Positions 32,976 to 37,620 of a stretch of 37,620 nucleotides of DNA are shown here, one piece after another. The notes under the pieces are model-generated. The model searched no databases and was not told the origin of the DNA. It saw only the letters and a program-made list of their open reading frames with translations. Position 1 is the first letter of the stretch. Each line of letters opens with the position of its first letter. The position numbers and the translations under genes are program-made. Source of the stretch: a virus; IMG/VR virus record IMGVR_UViG_3300025000_000248. One strand, 5' to 3'.

Positions 32976-33908
32976 TTAATCCTCCCCCAGCAATCTAAAA
33001 TATGTCATCCAGCTGGTAAAGTTAGACAGGATTGACACGAATTCTTTGTGCATGAAAAAATCCTTTATATCCTGTATTCTTATTTCATGCACTGGGGTGA
33101 TCATCTGCAATATGTCTTCTTGAATTGCATCATAATTCACATAGCCTAAATTCATAAGCTTGTGGTTCCTGCCTATGATGGCTAGATTCTCAGGCTTAAA
33201 AATAGCAGCAGTTCTAGACTTTAACATGAGTTTGTCTTTGTCTTTAAACATTATGTCAATGTGACCATAGGTATCCATAAGTTTTTTAGCCGTAACCTCT
33301 CCTATGCCAGGAACACCCCCAATATTATCAGAGTCATCTCCTAGTAAGGATCGATAGCCAAGATAACACTTTTGGCTAATGCCTTTAGTCTTGACCTCAA
33401 AATTACTAGGAGTTACAAGCAGATCCTTATACAGATCAAATACAGACACTTCTTCATTAATCAGTTGTAACATATCTTTGTCTGAGGAGATTATGGTTTT
33501 TTTACCTTGTAATAAACAAGCTGTGGCGTAAACAAGGTCATCGGCCTCCCAACCTTTTACCTTTAAAGAATTAATACCTAGAGCAGGCAGAAATTTGTGT
33601 ATTTCATTCATTTGCCACAAATACTCTTCAAATTTCAATATTTCTTCTGGAGTTCTATCATCCCTAGTATGATCCCGGTTCATTTTATACCCAGGATACA
33701 ATTTCATGCGTTCTTCTGATTTACCATAGTCCCACACCACTACCATACGAGTAGCTTCTTGAAACTTTTCAAGATATCCCTTTAAGGAATTAAGAGTACC
33801 CAATATAGTCCCTGTAGGTTCCCCCTTACGGGAGCGGAGCTCCCCTTGGGGAGTGTGGTAGGCTCGGCTGGCAACATTATTTCCATCAATTACTAAAGTA
33901 TAAGACAT
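32976..33908 (-). CDS. 5'-3' exonuclease / flap endonuclease (T4 RNase H / Pol I N-terminal domain family)
   Basis: LVIDGNNVASRAYH, acidic metal-site residues, and GIGEVTAKKL helix-hairpin-helix. Confidence 0.9.
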   Translation of the reverse strand: MSYTLVIDGNNVASRAYHTPQGELRSRKGEPTGTILGTLNSLKGYLEKFQEATRMVVVWDYGKSEERMKLYPGYKMNRDHTRDDRTPEEILKFEEYLWQMNEIHKFLPALGINSLKVKGWEADDLVYATACLLQGKKTIISSDKDMLQLINEEVSVFDLYKDLLVTPSNFEVKTKGISQKCYLGYRSLLGDDSDNIGGVPGIGEVTAKKLMDTYGHIDIMFKDKDKLMLKSRTAAIFKPENLAIIGRNHKLMNLGYVNYDAIQEDILQMITPVHEIRIQDIKDFFMHKEFVSILSNFTSWMTYFRLLGED

Positions 33909-35200
33909 TATACTACCTCCTTAACAAATTGTAGAGATATGTCATACTCAGGCATATTTTTGGTTAACTCAGCTATTCGGAGCAAATCTTCCATAGCTGC
34001 CTTGAGATTAAAACCCTCTCTGCGTATGACAAGATTGAGCGCATCAACTTCTGTAGACTCTCTTGGCTTCCCCACCGTCTTACTTTCAATGGCCTCAGGT
34101 CTAATTTCTGTATCCTCAGCTTTTACCTTACTATTCCAAACATAAATAGAAGATATTGGTACACTATCCTCTGGAAATTCTACCCTGAGGACGTTAAAAA
34201 CCTCATTACTACTCCTCCCTTCCCGTATAAGTTGCTTAGCTCTTTCCTCTGCCTCTACTGAATATTTTCTAGACCTTTCAGGGCCAGGTAAACCTAATTC
34301 CCTCCTAGCCTTATTAATCCAGTTAAATATAGAAGCTGGGGGTATGCCTATTGAAGAGAACTCTTCTTGGATTACCTTAACTATTTGCCCTGCCTTCATG
34401 TCAGTTTTTGCTAGTTGTTTAGCCCTATCTCTACACTCCTCTGGGTATTTTCTTGACATTTTTGCCTCCTTTGCCTTGTTTATGGACATTTGAGTCATTC
34501 CCTGTTCACTACCATATTGTCTGGCATATTCATAAAGCTGCCCCTCTAATCTACCTGTTTGGACTTGACTCAATTTTAAAGTCTTACCAGCTTCTTGCTG
34601 AGATTTACCTTCCACTATTCGTAATTGATATAAGGTTTTAAGACGAGGATCTAGATGACTAACAAAATCATTTATGATCAGAGATTCATCATCATCCAGA
34701 TGCTTAAGAGATAAAGTATCAGCAAAAGTGAGGGTACCATCCTCGGTATCTAAGGGTCTATCCAAGCTGTCAATTAACGATAACTTGTTAGATTTAACAA
34801 TTGTATTTACTTCTTCTTCAGTTAGCCCTGCTTTCTCCATCATTACTTCCACAGGAGAACCACTACTTACACCTGCTTTTCTTAAAATTGACTTCAGTGC
34901 CATTACTTCTCTTCCAGCACGTATCATAGGGCTAAAATCTCTAAGATGTCTTAATATCTCCCCCTTAATAACTGGCACAGCATATGTGCTAAACATGACA
35001 TCATATTTAGTAGGATCAAATTTTTTGTAGGCTTTTGTTAGACCCATATAAGCTATACTCAGGATGTCATCTTTATCAAAGGAGTTAGCTGGATTACTGC
35101 GAACGGCTTCAATAAATGGCCACGCCACAAAGCTAGCTAACTTCATGTTAATTCTAAAAAATTCATCAACTGTGCCCTCTAAGTGTGGGTTACGCTCCAC
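33908..35200 (-). CDS. Sigma-70-family sigma factor (SigF/G-like regions 2-4) fused to a C-terminal duplicated approx 50-aa domain. Start refined to GTG 35200.
   Basis: DILSIAYMGLTKAYKKFDP (2.1-2.2), FSTYAVPVIKGEILRHLRD (2.3-2.4), and region 4 LYQLRIVEGKSQQEAGKTLKLSQVQTGRLE. GGAGGAGGG ribosome-binding site 6 nt before GTG, overlapping the upstream stop (TAGAGTG). Confidence 0.75.
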   Translation of the reverse strand: MERNPHLEGTVDEFFRINMKLASFVAWPFIEAVRSNPANSFDKDDILSIAYMGLTKAYKKFDPTKYDVMFSTYAVPVIKGEILRHLRDFSPMIRAGREVMALKSILRKAGVSSGSPVEVMMEKAGLTEEEVNTIVKSNKLSLIDSLDRPLDTEDGTLTFADTLSLKHLDDDESLIINDFVSHLDPRLKTLYQLRIVEGKSQQEAGKTLKLSQVQTGRLEGQLYEYARQYGSEQGMTQMSINKAKEAKMSRKYPEECRDRAKQLAKTDMKAGQIVKVIQEEFSSIGIPPASIFNWINKARRELGLPGPERSRKYSVEAEERAKQLIREGRSSNEVFNVLRVEFPEDSVPISSIYVWNSKVKAEDTEIRPEAIESKTVGKPRESTEVDALNLVIRREGFNLKAAMEDLLRIAELTKNMPEYDISLQFVKEVV

Positions 35201-35201
35201 T

Positions 35202-35429
35202 CTAGCCCTCCTCCCCTGAGAGACGACCAGATAGTGGCCCCCATGCGTTGCACCCCACAAATAGGTACCCATATGGTTTGTCATTTTTATACACCGTATT
35301 TAAAACATATGTTCCAGGCACTTTTATTACTTTTGGGTTAAAAAGCTTATGAAGGTATCTATAAGGAGATTTTCTACCAAATTCTATGATCTCATCAGTA
35401 GTTTCAAATGAAACTAGCTCCCTAACCAC
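35202..35429 (-). CDS. Hypothetical protein translationally coupled to the sigma gene
   Basis: GAGGGGGAG ribosome-binding site; stop overlaps the sigma GTG start. Confidence 0.4.
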   Translation of the reverse strand: MVRELVSFETTDEIIEFGRKSPYRYLHKLFNPKVIKVPGTYVLNTVYKNDKPYGYLFVGCNAWGPLSGRLSGEEG

Positions 35430-35453
35430 ATCAAACTCCCCCTCTTTGGAGAT

Positions 35454-35487
35454 AAAAAAGGCAGGATGTCAAATCTTGACTCCTGCC
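35454..35487 (-). terminator. Terminator GGCAGGA(T)GTCAA-ATC-TTGACTCCTGCC plus TTTTTT on the minus strand
   Basis: 12-bp stem with 1 bulge, plus a U-run. Confidence 0.8.
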
Positions 35488-35493
35488 CTCACC

Positions 35494-36288
35494 CTATCTA
35501 TCCTTAAATCCCAACAATCTCTTGTACTCTACAATTATATCAGATGCTAATCCCTTAGTTAAATTCTCTAAGGGAACACTAGAATATGGGATCTCTGTCA
35601 GCCCCAGAGGTATTATTTTCTGCAATAAAGAAGATATATATTTTATTTGACCTTCCGTTGCTTTCCCATCTTTCCAATCAGCCTCCTCCTTATCAGGTGC
35701 TTCCCTTCTGTACACATCAACTTCTATGTCTCTTCGGGAAGCTAAGAAATCACACAGATGTACGAACTTTTGCATTTCTGTGGAAGGTCTAGGCAGTATC
35801 ACTACCCCTTCCCTATCTGTATCCCATTGTCCCATATGAGTCTCAATACAATCACAAATGCTATTCCACGCGCATTCTAGTTCTTCAGGCTCAAATACAT
35901 TAAATAGTGATCTAACCAACATAGGATGATCTGAAGCTGTGTGACCAGAATCAGTCATCCCCTGTTTAAAGGAGTCATGTAATACTATTGCTATTCTTAT
36001 TATGTCTTTCTCAGCATCTGTAAAGGGAGCGTAAGTAGAGTTGGTGAACAGATTTTCAGCCACTAAAAATACCGCCTTAGTATGCCTAACTAATCCACCT
36101 ATACCTAAGGAAGTTCTAGGGTGGTACTTGCTTGATGTACTTGCAGGTACAGTCCAAAAGTAATCTGGTATTTTATATAAGGCCATGGCACACAATGTGC
36201 GCCACTCTTCATTTACTATTTTATCTAGTTCCCAACCAAATATACTAATGGGGTCTATACTCATAGACGCCAATTTCATAAAAGCCAC
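35494..36288 (-). CDS. HD-domain metal-dependent phosphohydrolase
   Basis: ...SSKYHP...H...LHD... H/HD signature. Confidence 0.55.
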   Translation of the reverse strand: MAFMKLASMSIDPISIFGWELDKIVNEEWRTLCAMALYKIPDYFWTVPASTSSKYHPRTSLGIGGLVRHTKAVFLVAENLFTNSTYAPFTDAEKDIIRIAIVLHDSFKQGMTDSGHTASDHPMLVRSLFNVFEPEELECAWNSICDCIETHMGQWDTDREGVVILPRPSTEMQKFVHLCDFLASRRDIEVDVYRREAPDKEEADWKDGKATEGQIKYISSLLQKIIPLGLTEIPYSSVPLENLTKGLASDIIVEYKRLLGFKDR

Positions 36289-36358
36289 CTACCCTCTACA
36301 TATTAAAAAGGAGAGCACGTCTGCTCCCCTTATTATAGCGCAATGTCTTGTATGCTTT

Positions 36359-37261
36359 CTACTTGTTTTTACGCCTAGCTAATGCCTCAGCAATTTCTCT
36401 CTTTATAACATCAGCTTCATCCTCACCCTCACCCTCACCACCACTGTCATTCGAGCCACCACCCTCTGTAGATATACCTACCTTTGGGTCTTCATGTGCA
36501 TCTTTGTTATCTGCAGCGGGTGTCCCAGGCCTAGCATCCTCATCAGGCTCATCACCATTCAAAATACCCAGTAGTTCCTTATAAGTTTTGCACACCGCAA
36601 AAGTGGATAAATCTTTTAAACCTTCTTGCCACTGATCAAAACCAATGGGAGATTCTTTACGGACGGTCTTAACTTCATAGTCTGTGTTCATCCCAGTACC
36701 CGCTTTGGTGATAATGACGTCCAATCCTGCAACTGCATCGGTGATATCCCCATACTCAGGATCACAGATAATGCCAATTATAGCTTTATAAATAGTAGTG
36801 CCAACCCCTAAAATTTGAACAGGTTCAAACACTTTACCCTCAGCATCCAAGTAATTACCTTCTGCATCCTTAGCTAGGGCCGCGATATCCACTGAGCGGT
36901 CAATGGCATTCATGTACACCCGTTTTTTGCGGTACAACTGATTAGATTGCTTATCCATAGCGTCATCTTTTTTCTTAGAAAGACCCTTAAACTCTTTAGA
37001 AGCATCACACACCGGACAGCGTTTATTGTCTCCCCACGTAGTCGGGCATACTACCATAGTACCTTTTTTGTTAGTCTCTGTTTTACCTACCCCATAGTGC
37101 ACAAATACTTCCTGGGCAAAGTCCTCTTTACCTTCAGCGGGTGGCAGGATACGAACTACATTTCTACCATCTTTTATGTCGATAAAATTAGCCCCTCCAC
37201 CACTGCTCTTAGTATTGAGTTCTTCCAGCCTTTTCGCCAGTTTTGCAATGTCTAATGCCAT
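36359..37261 (-). CDS. T4 gp32-like single-stranded DNA-binding protein (Zn-binding CPTTW...CPVC; acidic G/E/D tail). Start refined to MALDIAKL.
   Basis: ...NVVRILPPAEGKEDFAQ... resembles gp32 ...AVIRFLPSKNDEQAPFA...; Cys4/His cluster; acidic C-terminus; GAGGA ribosome-binding site. Confidence 0.6.
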   Translation of the reverse strand: MALDIAKLAKRLEELNTKSSGGGANFIDIKDGRNVVRILPPAEGKEDFAQEVFVHYGVGKTETNKKGTMVVCPTTWGDNKRCPVCDASKEFKGLSKKKDDAMDKQSNQLYRKKRVYMNAIDRSVDIAALAKDAEGNYLDAEGKVFEPVQILGVGTTIYKAIIGIICDPEYGDITDAVAGLDVIITKAGTGMNTDYEVKTVRKESPIGFDQWQEGLKDLSTFAVCKTYKELLGILNGDEPDEDARPGTPAADNKDAHEDPKVGISTEGGGSNDSGGEGEGEDEADVIKREIAEALARRKNK

Positions 37262-37299
37262 TCCATTCATCCTCACTTTCTTACTTGGCTAAAGGGGCG

Positions 37300-37566
37300 T
37301 TACGCCCCGAGTGCCATTAAATAATTGGATATTATGGAGTTATAATGATGCAAGACACTCTCATGCGACTGACTATTCATAAGTATAATCAGGGTGTCTC
37401 GTCTATGCTCAAACGCTTCTTTAACAAGAAGTAAAAAGTCATGCTGGTTGCTAGCCCTTACATAACCAGATACTGCCTTTTTTAAGCGCCTGTCACCTAA
37501 ATTTATGATACCACTTTCCTCTAGTAACTCCTGCTTAACCTCATCAATTAGAGATTCATTAAGCAT
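37300..37566 (-). CDS. Hypothetical protein
   Basis: ORF of 88 aa. GC hairpin GGGGCG-TTAC-GCCCC at its stop. Confidence 0.4.
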   Translation of the reverse strand: MLNESLIDEVKQELLEESGIINLGDRRLKKAVSGYVRASNQHDFLLLVKEAFEHRRDTLIILMNSQSHESVLHHYNSIISNYLMALGA

Positions 37567-37620
37567 AACTTTCTTGTAAGAAAGTTCTTCAGCTACCGCC
37601 CACCAAGCATATCTTCCTAC

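Noticed and set aside
37281-37293. TTACTTGGCT resembling the conserved promoter -35 block but in plus orientation
   Set aside because: The orientation is opposite to all genes. It has a one-base mismatch in TTGACT and no matching -10 at 17 bp. It is likely chance, although it overlaps a GC hairpin at the gene boundary.

Overview
This window reads as one contiguous piece of a large, tightly packed phage genome, transcribed almost entirely right-to-left. Essentially every credible gene is on the minus strand. Strong AGGAGG-type ribosome-binding sites and repeated TTGACT-N17-TATAAT-like promoters with a TRTG -16 element point to a Firmicutes (Bacillus-like) host.

Layout by region:
- 1-680: AT-rich repeat region with several hairpins and no gene.
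- 680-16.6 kb: about 45 small early-type genes in operons, each punctuated by a terminator hairpin followed by a conserved host-sigma-type promoter. This includes a striking tandem array of small cysteine-rich paralogs (C...CxCxxC...CPLYGCPKH) interleaved with a second small domain family, and a 15-bp tandem-repeat (iteron-like) array.
- 17.1-19.1 kb: UvrD/PcrA-type helicase.
- 19.4-25.8 kb: structural and lysis block containing a full-length major vault protein (MVP) homolog, an M23 peptidase with a holin-like partner, and a repeat/Ig-like protein.
- 26.1-30.5 kb: ORF-poor RNA island with at least three tRNAs (anticodons UAU, CCA, GUC), tRNA-like fragments, direct repeats, an SPFH/band-7 protein and a HIRAN-domain protein.
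- 30.5-37.6 kb: replication and transcription module with two phage sigma factors, ATP-dependent DNA ligase, 5'-3' exonuclease/RNase H, an HD-domain protein and a T4 gp32-like SSB.

The most unusual content is the MVP homolog (vault proteins are essentially eukaryotic), the modular Cys-rich paralog array, and the large structured non-coding segments. All coordinates and calls were made by eye, so they may be off by a few nucleotides.
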